The notes: generated from the sequence alone by a model not told the origin. A stretch of DNA of 64,000 nt from a virus (IMGVR_UViG_3300020049_016424:64001-128000), one strand, 5' to 3'. Numbered from the stretch's first letter, positions 17,919 through 26,510 are shown. Translations and numbers: made by a program.

Positions 17919-18197
17919 TCAGGCGTAGCCTGCAGCGCGTTGAAACGGCGTCATCCATTCTTCAATGCTGTCCACCTCGTGTTCGATCGCTTGCGCCAGG
18001 CGCGCAAAAGGCACGCCCCAGCCCAGACGGGCCGTGTACGCACGCCGCCTTGCGCGCCGCTCTAGCTCGCTGAGCGCGGTGACGTAGCGCGTCACTTCCT
18101 CTGCGCGCACGCCTGTGAGCATGCGCGGAGCGGCACAGCCGAACAGGCGCCGATAGACTCGGCGGCCACGTGCACTGGTCTTCATGTGTTTGGTCAT
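17919..18197 (-). CDS. small Arg-rich protein (possible diverged MKH-family member)
   Basis: MTKHMK...; SD GGAGG; directly downstream of a promoter copy. Confidence 0.6.
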   Translation of the reverse strand: MTKHMKTSARGRRVYRRLFGCAAPRMLTGVRAEEVTRYVTALSELERRARRRAYTARLGWGVPFARLAQAIEHEVDSIEEWMTPFQRAAGYA

Positions 18198-18215
18198 GTA
18201 GAGTACCTCCAAGTA

Positions 18216-18244
18216 CTTTTACCAAAAATGTGGTGCCGTTTTGG
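18216..18244 (-). promoter_or_regulatory. putative phage promoter CCAAAA-N15-GGTAAAAG
   Basis: Copy of the bipartite motif. Confidence 0.65.
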
Positions 18245-18936
18245 ACGCTCCAAGCAAGCTCTTGTCAGACGATGAAACCGTCGCCTCCGTGGTCTGCAAA
18301 GCAGCACACACGCTGCTCGGCGACGGCTGGCTTTTGTGGGAGCCCGAGAGCATCTGGAAGGAGCTCGAGCATCAGCACATCGACATCTCAGAGGGCAACC
18401 GTCAGCAGCTCATGGCGGGGCGCAACCTCCTCACCACCGGGCGTTTCTTTTACGATGCGCTCGTGTTCGACGCGACCTGCGCAGCGTTCGGCAATGAGGT
18501 TCTCAGTCTCGAAATGCCGGAGAGCTCGCATGTCGCACACCTGGCCTGGGGCGTCGATGAGGCCGAGGTCATCTGCCGTGAGCACGAAGACCCGATGCTC
18601 GAGTTCGACCGTGAAGCCGTAGAGTTCACGGCCCACCAGCTGCAGCAGGAGGGTTTCGTTGTAGCCCCGAAGGAGCTCGCCTACGCCCAGGAGGCGCTCA
18701 ACCGCCGCTACCCCCGCACCGAGGAGCTCGAGGTCTTGCGTGCGGCCGTCTCGAAGGCCTACCACGAGCTCGGGCGCATCGTGACGACCGAGGGTGTGAA
18801 GACGGCTGCGGCGGCGCCGTACCCCGAGACAGCGCGGGGGGTGCAGCTCGCGCGCCTAGCGGCCGTCGAGGTCTTCCTCCAGGACCGCCGCGCTGCTCGC
18901 GCCGCGGACCTAAAGAAGAGGGCGCCACGGACCTAA
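18241..18936 (+). CDS. hypothetical protein
   Basis: 231 aa, TTG start, GC3-rich codons; WLLWEPE, contains KTAA. Confidence 0.7.
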   Translation: MDAPSKLLSDDETVASVVCKAAHTLLGDGWLLWEPESIWKELEHQHIDISEGNRQQLMAGRNLLTTGRFFYDALVFDATCAAFGNEVLSLEMPESSHVAHLAWGVDEAEVICREHEDPMLEFDREAVEFTAHQLQQEGFVVAPKELAYAQEALNRRYPRTEELEVLRAAVSKAYHELGRIVTTEGVKTAAAAPYPETARGVQLARLAAVEVFLQDRRAARAADLKKRAPRT

Positions 18937-18945
18937 AGAAGAGGG
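18905..18945. repeat. 18-bp direct repeat CGGACCTAAAGAAGAGGG x2
   Basis: Exact copies at 18905-18922 and 18928-18945; followed by complementary pyrimidine tracts, likely a terminator region between convergent genes. Confidence 0.7.
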
Positions 18946-19018
18946 AAGACCTGCGTCCTCTCCCCTTCTTCCTAGATGGCGCCTCTTCTCAGGCGTCTCC
19001 TCTTTTCTTAGAAGCCCC

Positions 19019-20281
19019 CTACGCGGTGGCGGGCTTCTCCTTCGCCGCGCGCGCGTTCGCCGCGATCGTCCGGTTCACCATCTTCTGGTACTCCGGCACC
19101 GCGATGCGCATCGCACGCGTGAACGTGCTCAACCACGCCTGCCCCGCCGGCGTCAGCTTCTGGCCGATCTCGTGGAAGCATCCGTGGGCGTACGCGTTGT
19201 AGGTCTCGTCGCCGAGATCGCAGCAGTACCGCGCGAAGTTGCCCGGCACCTCGCTTTCCGGGGACGGCTGGTCGTTGATGAGGATGTTCGCGATGCTCTC
19301 GTTGAGCACCGCGATCACGTCACTGCGCACGTGCCCGGTGAGGCGGTGCGTGACCTTGCCCGTGTCGTCGAGCGTGGCGTTGAGCAGCCGCAGGACGCGG
19401 CCCCGCGCCTTGTCGTGGTAGGCCTCGAGCACGTCCTTCGGTTCGACGAGGACCTCGCGGTTCTTGGCGAACTCGAGGAACTTATCGGACGCGACGCTCC
19501 CGATCTGACCGGAGAGGAGCGCACCCACCGCCGGGTTCTCGTAGCATGCGGGGTTGCCGAGCAGCTGCTCGGCGCTGGTGATCACCTGGCTCACCTTCTC
19601 CCAGTTCGAGGGGCACGGGAAGCACTTACCCGCGTCGCGCGCTCCCTGGTCGTAGAAGAACGGCGCTGCGGCCGAGACGAAGTCGATGACGTCCGGATGG
19701 AAGCTCGACTTGCGCGCATGCTGGACCCAGCCGAGCAGGTCGTGCGTGACGTACGCGAAGTTGAGGCGCTTGCGGATCGCGTGATCTCGCTCGGCTTCGT
19801 TCACGAGGTAGGCGCCGCTCGAGGGGTTCATCGCGGCGACCACGATGACGTTCGGATGCAGTGCCCGGCCGTGCAGCGTGCGGTCGTCGGTGAGGCCGAA
19901 GAGCGCGTTGACGAGGGCCTTGCTGCCCCGGTTCCACTCGTCCATGAAGAGGACCGCGCAGCCGGTCTTCTCGGCCTGCTCGTTCACATCGATGAACCAG
20001 CGCGCCTGGACGAAGTCGTACGCGCTGCCGTCCTCGTTGAACATCGCGAGTGCGATCTGTTCCTCGGTCATCTGGCCGAATGGCAGGACCTGCACGTAGC
20101 CGTTCTTCGAGGCGGCCCACTGGTGCACGATCGGCGTTTTGCCGATGCCCGTCTCACCGACGAGGCACACCGCCAGGCGCTTCTTCATGCCCCACACGAC
20201 GTCGAGCATGGAAGGAACCGCCGAGAGCGCGACGGGCATGATTCCGAGCTTTTCCCAGGGGTTCGTGAGAGTTTCCGTCAT
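19019..20281 (-). CDS. MoxR/AAA_5-type AAA+ ATPase
   Basis: Walker A GETGIGKT, Walker B LFMDEWNR, sensor AAMNP, R-finger AIRKR, PCPSNWE. Confidence 0.88.
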   Translation of the reverse strand: MTETLTNPWEKLGIMPVALSAVPSMLDVVWGMKKRLAVCLVGETGIGKTPIVHQWAASKNGYVQVLPFGQMTEEQIALAMFNEDGSAYDFVQARWFIDVNEQAEKTGCAVLFMDEWNRGSKALVNALFGLTDDRTLHGRALHPNVIVVAAMNPSSGAYLVNEAERDHAIRKRLNFAYVTHDLLGWVQHARKSSFHPDVIDFVSAAAPFFYDQGARDAGKCFPCPSNWEKVSQVITSAEQLLGNPACYENPAVGALLSGQIGSVASDKFLEFAKNREVLVEPKDVLEAYHDKARGRVLRLLNATLDDTGKVTHRLTGHVRSDVIAVLNESIANILINDQPSPESEVPGNFARYCCDLGDETYNAYAHGCFHEIGQKLTPAGQAWLSTFTRAMRIAVPEYQKMVNRTIAANARAAKEKPATA

Positions 20282-20325
20282 GAATACCTTCTTTCATTGG
20301 CGACTAGAGCGCGGGTTTACGTCTG

Positions 20326-20354
20326 CTTTTACCGCGAGAATGCGTATTTTTTGA
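20326..20354 (-). promoter_or_regulatory. putative phage promoter TCAAAA-N15-GGTAAAAG
   Basis: Copy of the bipartite motif upstream of the AAA+ gene. Confidence 0.6.
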
Positions 20355-20356
20355 AT

Positions 20357-20581
20357 CTACGGCGGCTCCGAAAGATAGCGGCCATACCGGTTGTAGTAGC
20401 GCATACCCAGGGAGGGCGGAGTCTGATCTTCGATAAGAACGAACCCAGCTACTGCACCGTGGCTGTAGCGATGTTCTAGCCGCTGAAACGCGTCCCCGCG
20501 GCGTTTGCGCGCTTCTACACGAATAGAAGGTGTGAGGCCCCACAGCACGTACCAGCGGCCTTCGACAAATGTGTGCTTCAT
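20357..20581 (-). CDS. MKH-leader small basic protein
   Basis: MKHTFVEGRW; TGATG-coupled. Confidence 0.72.
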   Translation of the reverse strand: MKHTFVEGRWYVLWGLTPSIRVEARKRRGDAFQRLEHRYSHGAVAGFVLIEDQTPPSLGMRYYNRYGRYLSEPP

Positions 20582-20679
20582 CAGAGCGCTCCTGATTTGC
20601 GGGGGATATCCCGCCGATAGTGCGTGAAGTAGCGGCCACGGAGTGTGAGCGGCGGAGCGGTTACGACGGTGTGTTTCAT
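20581..20679 (-). CDS. MKH-leader protein, internally deleted (32 aa)
   Basis: MKHTVVTAPPLTLRGRYFTHY: leader joined directly to the PPLxxRY tail seen in neighbours. Confidence 0.55.
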   Translation of the reverse strand: MKHTVVTAPPLTLRGRYFTHYRRDIPRKSGAL

Positions 20680-20909
20680 AGGGGACAGCGCAGGCGGCGG
20701 CCATACCATGCGTGGTACCGCGCGGCGAGGCTTAGTGGTGGCTTTTCGGGCAGATCGTCGAGCAGGGGCCACGAGCCTGCGTAGCCCACTACGTGGAATC
20801 GCCACTCTGCGGAGGGTGGCGTGGTGCGCAGCCAGCGATAGTCTTCCCGCAGCGTCTCAGACAGTTGCGGGCCGTGGCGCCACGAGCCCTTAGCAAATGT
20901 GTGTTTCAT
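20676..20909 (-). CDS. MKH-leader small basic protein
   Basis: MKHTFAKGSW; REDYR...EWR...GYAG...PPL. Confidence 0.72.
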   Translation of the reverse strand: MKHTFAKGSWRHGPQLSETLREDYRWLRTTPPSAEWRFHVVGYAGSWPLLDDLPEKPPLSLAARYHAWYGRRLRCPL

Positions 20910-21130
20910 AGGCACCACTTGCGGTTGAGCCGCTTGGAGTAGTGCAGGTAATACCGTGCTCGAAGCGGCGGCGGCTCTGCTGTGTCTGCATTGAAATACC
21001 CCGACCAAAACGGCCCGCAATATCGCCATTCGCGGCCCAGTGACGTGTTGAGATCGCGATACTCTTCCCGGATGCCCTCGGAGTCCTCGACAGAGTTGCC
21101 CCACGCCCCCACTACGAACACATGCTTCAT
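20906..21130 (-). CDS. MKH-leader small basic protein
   Basis: MKHVFVVGAW; REWRY...SGYF...EPPPLRARY. Confidence 0.75.
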   Translation of the reverse strand: MKHVFVVGAWGNSVEDSEGIREEYRDLNTSLGREWRYCGPFWSGYFNADTAEPPPLRARYYLHYSKRLNRKWCL

Positions 21131-21351
21131 AGGTTACCCCGAAACGTAAGGTGCCGCTGGTAGCGACGGTAAAAGCGCGTTCGAAGCGGAGGAGGCATAG
21201 ATTCACCTGGGCGGAAGTATCCCGCCCAACCCGATAGCGTGTACCGCCATTCACGGCGCGTTTGATTGCCCTGAAAGCACCGCTCTTCTCGTATTGTGTC
21301 AGAGCTTTCCACCACAGGGTGCCACGGGCCTGCCGCGAATACATGCTTCAT
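21127..21351 (-). CDS. MKH-leader small basic protein
   Basis: MKHVFAAGPW; REWRY...AGYF...PPPLRTRF. Confidence 0.75.
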   Translation of the reverse strand: MKHVFAAGPWHPVVESSDTIREERCFQGNQTRREWRYTLSGWAGYFRPGESMPPPLRTRFYRRYQRHLTFRGNL

Positions 21352-21581
21352 GTTATCTCCTGTGCCCGGAGTCTTGGGCTGCGGCGGTAGTGCAGGTGGA
21401 AACGGGTTCTCAGGGAGGCAGGGGCCTCTCGAAAACGCGGATAGTACCCTGAGATACCCGCCATACCGTAGCGGCGTTCGTCTTCACAGTGTACGGTTCG
21501 TAGATAACGATACTCTCCCCACACGATACCCGCGGAGCCCCCCGTACGGCGCCAGGGTCCCGACACAAACACGTGTTTCAT
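21348..21581 (-). CDS. MKH-leader small basic protein
   Basis: MKHVFVSGPW; GISGYY. Confidence 0.75.
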   Translation of the reverse strand: MKHVFVSGPWRRTGGSAGIVWGEYRYLRTVHCEDERRYGMAGISGYYPRFREAPASLRTRFHLHYRRSPRLRAQEIT

Positions 21582-21593
21582 GGCGGACCTTGG

Positions 21594-21830
21594 CTAGAAG
21601 AATACAGGGCAATATCGGCCGTACTTCTCGTAGTACCGATCAGGAAGTGTTGTTGGCATTTCATCCGCGGTGGACTCGTAATAATAGCCCGAGATCCCGG
21701 AAACTCGATAGCGACGTTCGGACCAACGCCGCAACGTGCGCCCACGCAAGTTGCGCACTTCTACGTAGCGCGGATACACTTCTTTTCCGCGCATCCGCCA
21801 ACCTTTATCCATAGGATATATGTGCTTCAT
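21594..21830 (-). CDS. MKH-leader small basic protein
   Basis: MKHIYPMDKGW; GISGYY. Confidence 0.72.
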   Translation of the reverse strand: MKHIYPMDKGWRMRGKEVYPRYVEVRNLRGRTLRRWSERRYRVSGISGYYYESTADEMPTTLPDRYYEKYGRYCPVFF

Positions 21831-22012
21831 CGTTTCCCTAGGAGTGTGGGGTTCAGGGCTAGCGCACGGAATGCCAACTCCGTGGCGTTCCAGCGCAAGT
21901 ACGCCAGGCTCGGGGAACGCCGATACGCTGCGTAGTAGCGTTGATGCAGGTCCCACAGGTAGTCCCATTCTGGAGGGTCTGGACGCGGGTCGCGCCGGAT
22001 TACGTGCATCAT
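21827..22012 (-). CDS. MKH-leader small basic protein
   Basis: MMHVIRRDP; ATGA-coupled. Confidence 0.68.
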   Translation of the reverse strand: MMHVIRRDPRPDPPEWDYLWDLHQRYYAAYRRSPSLAYLRWNATELAFRALALNPTLLGKR

Positions 22013-22209
22013 GGGGGCGGCCTCGGCGCCTGAAAGACACCCGTTTTAGCCGCAGCACGCGCATAGGCGTGTGCGCGGCCTCGGAGCCACGTCACCCAGA
22101 GATCTCGGCCGTAGCGTTCCTTGTAGCGGACGACGATGGAGATGTGGCCAGGAGCGTACCCGCCCGGTGTGCGGTGAGGGCGCCACGGCTTGCACATAAC
22201 ATGTTTCAT
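22009..22209 (-). CDS. MKH-leader small basic protein
   Basis: MKHVMCKPW; AAAKTGVF tail. Confidence 0.72.
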   Translation of the reverse strand: MKHVMCKPWRPHRTPGGYAPGHISIVVRYKERYGRDLWVTWLRGRAHAYARAAAKTGVFQAPRPPP

Positions 22210-22460
22210 GGAAGCCTCCTAGGAGAGCGAAAGACGCTCGCGATAGCCGCGACTTGGGCGCTGTTCCTTGCGCGGCAGATGGCGTGAGCAAGGCGCGTAT
22301 CCCGCGCGTGGTGCTTTAGGTACCGGCGCCGTAGTTCTGACGCCGCTGCGTGCTCTCCCAAAGGCCGCACGTGCCGCCATTCACGCGTGCCACCCACGAG
22401 CTCTCGCCGTTGATGGTCTCCGACAGGGTACCAGGGGCTCTCGAGCATGACGTGCTTCAC
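22206..22460 (-). CDS. MKH-leader small basic protein
   Basis: GTG start, KHVMLESPW; AAIASVF tail. Confidence 0.7.
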   Translation of the reverse strand: MKHVMLESPWYPVGDHQRRELVGGTREWRHVRPLGEHAAASELRRRYLKHHARDTRLAHAICRARNSAQVAAIASVFRSPRRLP

Positions 22461-22711
22461 TGTCGCCCCTCCGGGCGGCGGAACACGCCCTGCGTGGCTG
22501 CGAGAGCTGCCACGAACGCAGCCTGCTCCCGCATGTACGAGAGGTACAGACCTCGGTTGAAATGTTCTTCGAACCGCGCTGCGATAGTCATGCGCTCCAC
22601 ATACGGACCCTCCTTGAGAGGGGTGTAGCCTCGGCAACCTTCTCCTTCTTCGCGTTGTCGAGATAGCACGTAACGTAGCCGTGACCACGGACCGCACAGC
22701 ACGTGTTTCAT
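22457..22711 (-). CDS. MKH-leader small basic protein
   Basis: MKHVLCGPW; AATQGVF tail. Confidence 0.72.
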   Translation of the reverse strand: MKHVLCGPWSRLRYVLSRQREEGEGCRGYTPLKEGPYVERMTIAARFEEHFNRGLYLSYMREQAAFVAALAATQGVFRRPEGRQ

Positions 22712-22899
22712 GGTTTCTGCTCCGGGTGTCTCTTCCGGAGCTCTTTCTGGGCGAAATACCACTCCCAGCGTGCGAGGCGCGAGGACGGATACAGTCGTGG
22801 AGATTCCGTGAGGTAGCGATATTCCCATTCCTTGTTGACGCGCCGCTTTCGACTGTCGCCCCATGAGACCCAGCGATCGTGAATGAATATGTGCTTCAT
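22708..22899 (-). CDS. MKH-leader small basic protein
   Basis: MKHIFIHDRW; SD GAGG. Confidence 0.72.
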   Translation of the reverse strand: MKHIFIHDRWVSWGDSRKRRVNKEWEYRYLTESPRLYPSSRLARWEWYFAQKELRKRHPEQKP

Positions 22900-22926
22900 A
22901 GTGACCTCAGAGGGTTGCTGCGTGGT

Positions 22927-23172
22927 TCAGAAGGACCGCAAAGGGCTGCGGAAGGAGCCTAGCTGCCCTGCCTCCGTTGCCCGCAGCTGGGCGCGAAGAC
23001 GCATCCTGCGATCTTCGTTAGCCCGCCCGTAGCGCAAGTAGAATCGCATAGAGAGATCTTGGGCGTCGCGATCCCTGGCCTGCCCCCGGCACTCTTCGAT
23101 TCCGGAGCTCAGCCTTCGTGTACAGTAGGTGCTGTAACGCACCCACGCCCGCGCGCACATCACGTGCTTCAT
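22927..23172 (-). CDS. MKH-leader small basic protein
   Basis: MKHVMCARAW; AGQLGSF tail. Confidence 0.72.
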   Translation of the reverse strand: MKHVMCARAWVRYSTYCTRRLSSGIEECRGQARDRDAQDLSMRFYLRYGRANEDRRMRLRAQLRATEAGQLGSFRSPLRSF

Positions 23173-23438
23173 GGCTTCCGGGTCCTCTGGCGCTTGCGCG
23201 GAGGCTGTGACGTGAAGATGCCCCGCGCCGCAGCCTCCGAGACATGGTACTGGGCAATACGCCGTGCGTACAGCAGGGGACAGACGCGGCCGTAGCGTGC
23301 CTGGAAACGAGAGCTCAAGTCGGGACACGTCCAGAAGTAGCATTTCGATTTCCATTCATGGCCACCGCCGCGGCGCTCGAACCTTCGCATGTTGTTGAGG
23401 TTCACGACCGGCTGCCCCATGCGCCAAACGTGCTTCAC
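23169..23438 (-). CDS. MKH-leader small basic protein
   Basis: GTG start, KHVWRMG; AAARGIF tail. Confidence 0.7.
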   Translation of the reverse strand: MKHVWRMGQPVVNLNNMRRFERRGGGHEWKSKCYFWTCPDLSSRFQARYGRVCPLLYARRIAQYHVSEAAARGIFTSQPPRKRQRTRKP

Positions 23439-23698
23439 GAGCGCCTCACGGGGAGCCAGAAGACGTAGTCGCGCCGCGCGGCCTGTACATGCGTCTGCGC
23501 GGCGATGAGGGCGTTCATGAGTCGCAGCGGGCGTTGGTAGCGCTTCTGGAATCGCTCGCCGAGCGCGCCCGGCTCGCCGAGCGCGCCCGGCCCGTCGAGC
23601 GTGGGGTTGTACGCCCATTCGCCGAGGCCGTTGCTGAGAGAGCGACGGCGGTGGCCGCAGTACTGCACCCACGGTTCAGAACACCAAACGTGTTTCAT
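23435..23698 (-). CDS. MKH-leader small basic protein
   Basis: MKHVWCSEPW; SD AAGGAG; internal 18-nt tandem duplication. Confidence 0.72.
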   Translation of the reverse strand: MKHVWCSEPWVQYCGHRRRSLSNGLGEWAYNPTLDGPGALGEPGALGERFQKRYQRPLRLMNALIAAQTHVQAARRDYVFWLPVRRS

Positions 23699-23717
23699 GG
23701 AAGCTCCTTGGGGTGCA

Positions 23718-23954
23718 TCATGGGGCCCGCTGCCGGCGTCTGAAGGTCTCCACGCGGTCTCCGCAGGGTGGTTCTGCTTGTGTGCGTGCGGCACGGGAGC
23801 TGTAGTACCCGCCCCAGCCCTGGAAGGAGGGGTAGCGCCACTGCTGCACCCACACGGTGCTACGGTACTCGGGGCCGGGGTATATCCCGTACTCGGGGCT
23901 GGAGTATACCCCCTGGAGGCGAATCCAAGGCGTCTTGACAAATACGTGCATCAA
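23718..23954 (-). CDS. MKH-leader small basic protein
   Basis: TTG-ATG-HVFVKTPW; YPSFQGWGGYY...AEPP. Confidence 0.72.
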   Translation of the reverse strand: MMHVFVKTPWIRLQGVYSSPEYGIYPGPEYRSTVWVQQWRYPSFQGWGGYYSSRAARTQAEPPCGDRVETFRRRQRAP

Positions 23955-24166
23955 AGAATGCCTGCTTTCTTGAGGCGGTAGCCCGCCAGGCGTAGGTACA
24001 AAGGAACTTCCGTGTACGCACGGTCTCGTGCGGAGGTGTAGTACCTAGAAAAGCCTTGGGCAGACGGGGACCAATACTGCGGCCATCTCCAGGTTCCTTG
24101 TCGCAGTTGATAGTTCGCGCCCTCCTCTGGACAATGCCACTTTCCGAGAACAAAGACGTGCATCAT
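23951..24166 (-). CDS. MKH-leader small basic protein
   Basis: MMHVFVLGKW; QGFSRYY...TEVP. Confidence 0.72.
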   Translation of the reverse strand: MMHVFVLGKWHCPEEGANYQLRQGTWRWPQYWSPSAQGFSRYYTSARDRAYTEVPLYLRLAGYRLKKAGIL

Positions 24167-24375
24167 GTGCCCCTCGGCTGCCCTCTGAAGATCACTACAC
24201 GGTCTCCGATGGGGGGTTCTGCAATCTGGCGCGAGAAGGAACTCGAATAGTACCCGCCTAGTCCCAGAGAGGACGCGTACCGCACTTGCGCCCACCCCCA
24301 GGTACAGGCCCGGGTTTGGCGTCCGTGGCGTGTCAGGGACTTGTGCCATGTCCCACGAAGAAATACGTGCATCAT
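24163..24375 (-). CDS. MKH-leader small basic protein
   Basis: MMHVFLRGTW; YASSLGLGGYY...AEPP. Confidence 0.72.
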   Translation of the reverse strand: MMHVFLRGTWHKSLTRHGRQTRACTWGWAQVRYASSLGLGGYYSSSFSRQIAEPPIGDRVVIFRGQPRGT

Positions 24376-24395
24376 GACTACATGTCTCTGACATA

Positions 24396-24584
24396 CTACC
24401 ACAGGTAGTAGCGTTGGAGAAGCGGAGGCTCTGCGACTAGGCGTAGGCGATACTCTGCGTAGTACCCCGCGCGGCCGTCACTCGAGAGATACCGGTACTG
24501 ATTCACACCTGTAACAGGATGCCGGACCTCGGAGCCGAGGAAGATCTGACGCTGCCAGGACCCCCGAACAAACACATGCATCAT
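24396..24584 (-). CDS. MKH-leader small basic protein
   Basis: MMHVFVRGSW; YLSSDGRAGYY...AEPP. Confidence 0.75.
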   Translation of the reverse strand: MMHVFVRGSWQRQIFLGSEVRHPVTGVNQYRYLSSDGRAGYYAEYRLRLVAEPPLLQRYYLW

Positions 24585-24814
24585 GGCGACTCCTGCCTCT
24601 GCTGATGTCGGCGGCGTGCAAGACGCATGTGGATCGAGTACTCCAGGTCATGGCGCACCCAGAAATCTAAATAATACCCCGAGTACCCCCAAGTGGAGCG
24701 GTACCGGTACTGCGCAAGGCTGTAGTGCCCGTCTCCCATTTGTCGCAAATACCGCAGCTCGGTTCCTGCCAGCAGGCTCTTCTCCCACGAGCCCCGCACA
24801 AATGCGTGCATCAT
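24581..24814 (-). CDS. MKH-leader small basic protein
   Basis: MMHAFVRGSW; YRSTWGYSGYY. Confidence 0.75.
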   Translation of the reverse strand: MMHAFVRGSWEKSLLAGTELRYLRQMGDGHYSLAQYRYRSTWGYSGYYLDFWVRHDLEYSIHMRLARRRHQQRQESP

Positions 24815-25011
24815 AGGCGCCCCCTCCAAGCCGCTAGTCGTTGCCGCAACGCGGGTTCGGCGAGGCGACGGTCCGTAGTGCGTGTGTAATACCCCGCGTA
24901 CCCCTCAAAAGACAAGTACCGCCACTGGAGGTCCCAGTCGGCCGTGGCGCGGTACTCGCAATGCGCGTCAAGCGCTAGGTTCCATGTCCCCGGGACGAAT
25001 ACGTGCATCAT
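24811..25011 (-). CDS. MKH-leader small basic protein
   Basis: MMHVFVPGTW; YLSFEGYAGYY...AEP. Confidence 0.75.
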   Translation of the reverse strand: MMHVFVPGTWNLALDAHCEYRATADWDLQWRYLSFEGYAGYYTRTTDRRLAEPALRQRLAAWRGRL

Positions 25012-25226
25012 CGGGCCTCTGTAGATTCTGTGCGGGATAGCGCCCACCACAGCCGTATGCCGACAGTAGGCTCCTCGCGCCTGCGCACGGCTATGTCCAG
25101 GTAATACCCTGCAAAGCGTTCGTAGGACAGAAAACGCCGTTGGGCTGCGGACCAGGTCGTTACGCGAAACTGCTCGAAAGCCAGCGGGTCGTCCTGCCAG
25201 GGCCCGCGAAGGAAGGTGTGGATCAT
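25008..25226 (-). CDS. MKH-leader small basic protein
   Basis: MIHTFLRGPW; FLSYERFAGYY...EEP. Confidence 0.75.
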   Translation of the reverse strand: MIHTFLRGPWQDDPLAFEQFRVTTWSAAQRRFLSYERFAGYYLDIAVRRREEPTVGIRLWWALSRTESTEAR

Positions 25227-25438
25227 CGGGCATGCTTCTGAAATCGAAAGTGGATCATCTTTCGAAACAAAAGTGAAGGCTCCGCCTGGTTGCGTAGGGA
25301 GTACTCGGAATAGAACCCCGACAACCCGTGATCGGATAAAACGCGCATTTGCAACCCCCACGCGATTGTGTGCCGGCAATCACAACACGAAAGTCCGGGC
25401 ACACGCTTCCAGGACCCCTCAACGAATGTGTGCATCAT
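25223..25438 (-). CDS. MKH-leader small basic protein
   Basis: MMHTFVEGSW; SDHGLSGFY...AEPSL. Confidence 0.75.
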   Translation of the reverse strand: MMHTFVEGSWKRVPGLSCCDCRHTIAWGLQMRVLSDHGLSGFYSEYSLRNQAEPSLLFRKMIHFRFQKHAR

Positions 25439-25647
25439 TACTTCCTCCTGGCTCTGTACCGAATATGGCGTTCTTGGAAAGAGGGTTCTGCTCTATTTCG
25501 AGCGTCATATGTGGGGTAGTACCCCGCGTAGTTGTTGCGGGACTTGACACGATACATGAGCGTCGCCCACACGCTACGGCGCACCTCATGTGCATCTCCA
25601 ATATTGCCTTTACTCCGCCAGGGCCCTCGAATGAATACGTGCATCAT
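25438..25647 (-). CDS. MKH-leader small basic protein
   Basis: MMHVFIRGPW; YAGYYPTY...AEPS. Confidence 0.75.
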   Translation of the reverse strand: MMHVFIRGPWRSKGNIGDAHEVRRSVWATLMYRVKSRNNYAGYYPTYDARNRAEPSFQERHIRYRARRK

Positions 25648-25856
25648 TGGTATTTTCCCATGCGGTACCGATAGTGCCGGGCAACGAGGGAAGGCTCTGC
25701 GTCCCGACGCGCATTGTACGTAGGGTAGTACCCGCTGCGGCCCTGAAAAGACGGATAGCGCCTCTGAGGGCTGCTCCAGCGCGTGTTCCGCCATGCGGCT
25801 GCCCCGGACGGATATGAAACCTGCGCCCAAGGTCCTTGTAGAAACGTGTGGATCAT
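25644..25856 (-). CDS. MKH-leader small basic protein
   Basis: MIHTFLQGPW; YPSFQGRSGYYPTY...AEPSL. Confidence 0.75.
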   Translation of the reverse strand: MIHTFLQGPWAQVSYPSGAAAWRNTRWSSPQRRYPSFQGRSGYYPTYNARRDAEPSLVARHYRYRMGKYQ

Positions 25857-26044
25857 GGGGTCCTTCGCCTTCGGCGTTCGAGATCTGGTTCTGCGGCCAG
25901 GCGCGCTGCGAGGGTCCTGTAGTACCCGCTGCGGGCCTCCCCGGACCGGAGGCGGTATTGCCGCCCCCACACGGTGAGGCGCCAGTCCACGATCGTGCGA
26001 ACGCCAGGAGAGGACCAACCAGAGCGCAAGAACGTATGAATCAT
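25853..26044 (-). CDS. MKH-leader small basic protein
   Basis: MIHTFLRSGW; RSGYY...AEP. Confidence 0.75.
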   Translation of the reverse strand: MIHTFLRSGWSSPGVRTIVDWRLTVWGRQYRLRSGEARSGYYRTLAARLAAEPDLERRRRRTP

Positions 26045-26244
26045 TCCTTGCCTCGGTATATGAACAAACGGGTACGCAAAGAGGGCTCTGCGGTGTTCCG
26101 ATCTATGAGGGTGTGGTAGTACCCGCTGAGGCCTTGAGGAGACGCGTACCGCCGCGCGTAGCCCCGCGCGGTCCAGCGATGTTCGATGCCCCGTAGGACC
26201 GAGTCCGCGCGTCTCCAAGACTCTTTGACAAACGCGTGTTTCAT
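26041..26244 (-). CDS. MKH-leader small basic protein
   Basis: MKHAFVKESW; YASPQGLSGYY...AEPSL. Confidence 0.75.
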   Translation of the reverse strand: MKHAFVKESWRRADSVLRGIEHRWTARGYARRYASPQGLSGYYHTLIDRNTAEPSLRTRLFIYRGKE

Positions 26245-26510
26245 GGCGCCTTCCCCTTGCGCTGCTTGTACGCAAGCAAACGGCCGAACAGCGCCGAGTT
26301 CACCTGGAGAGGCTGGGTGTGCCATACGACGTCCGGCGCCCCTACCCCGTTCATCTGGATATTGATCGTGATGTAATTATGGATCTGGGCCCCTAGAGAC
26401 ATCGAAGTCTTCCTGTACCCACTCCAGTTACCCGATGTGGGCGCGTGCTTGTGCTCGATGATTCCCAAGAACGGATGCTTCCAAGGCTGCATGATAAACG
26501 CATGTTTCAT
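26241..26510 (-). CDS. MKH-leader small protein
   Basis: MKHAFIMQPW; body unlike neighbours. Confidence 0.7.
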   Translation of the reverse strand: MKHAFIMQPWKHPFLGIIEHKHAPTSGNWSGYRKTSMSLGAQIHNYITINIQMNGVGAPDVVWHTQPLQVNSALFGRLLAYKQRKGKAP

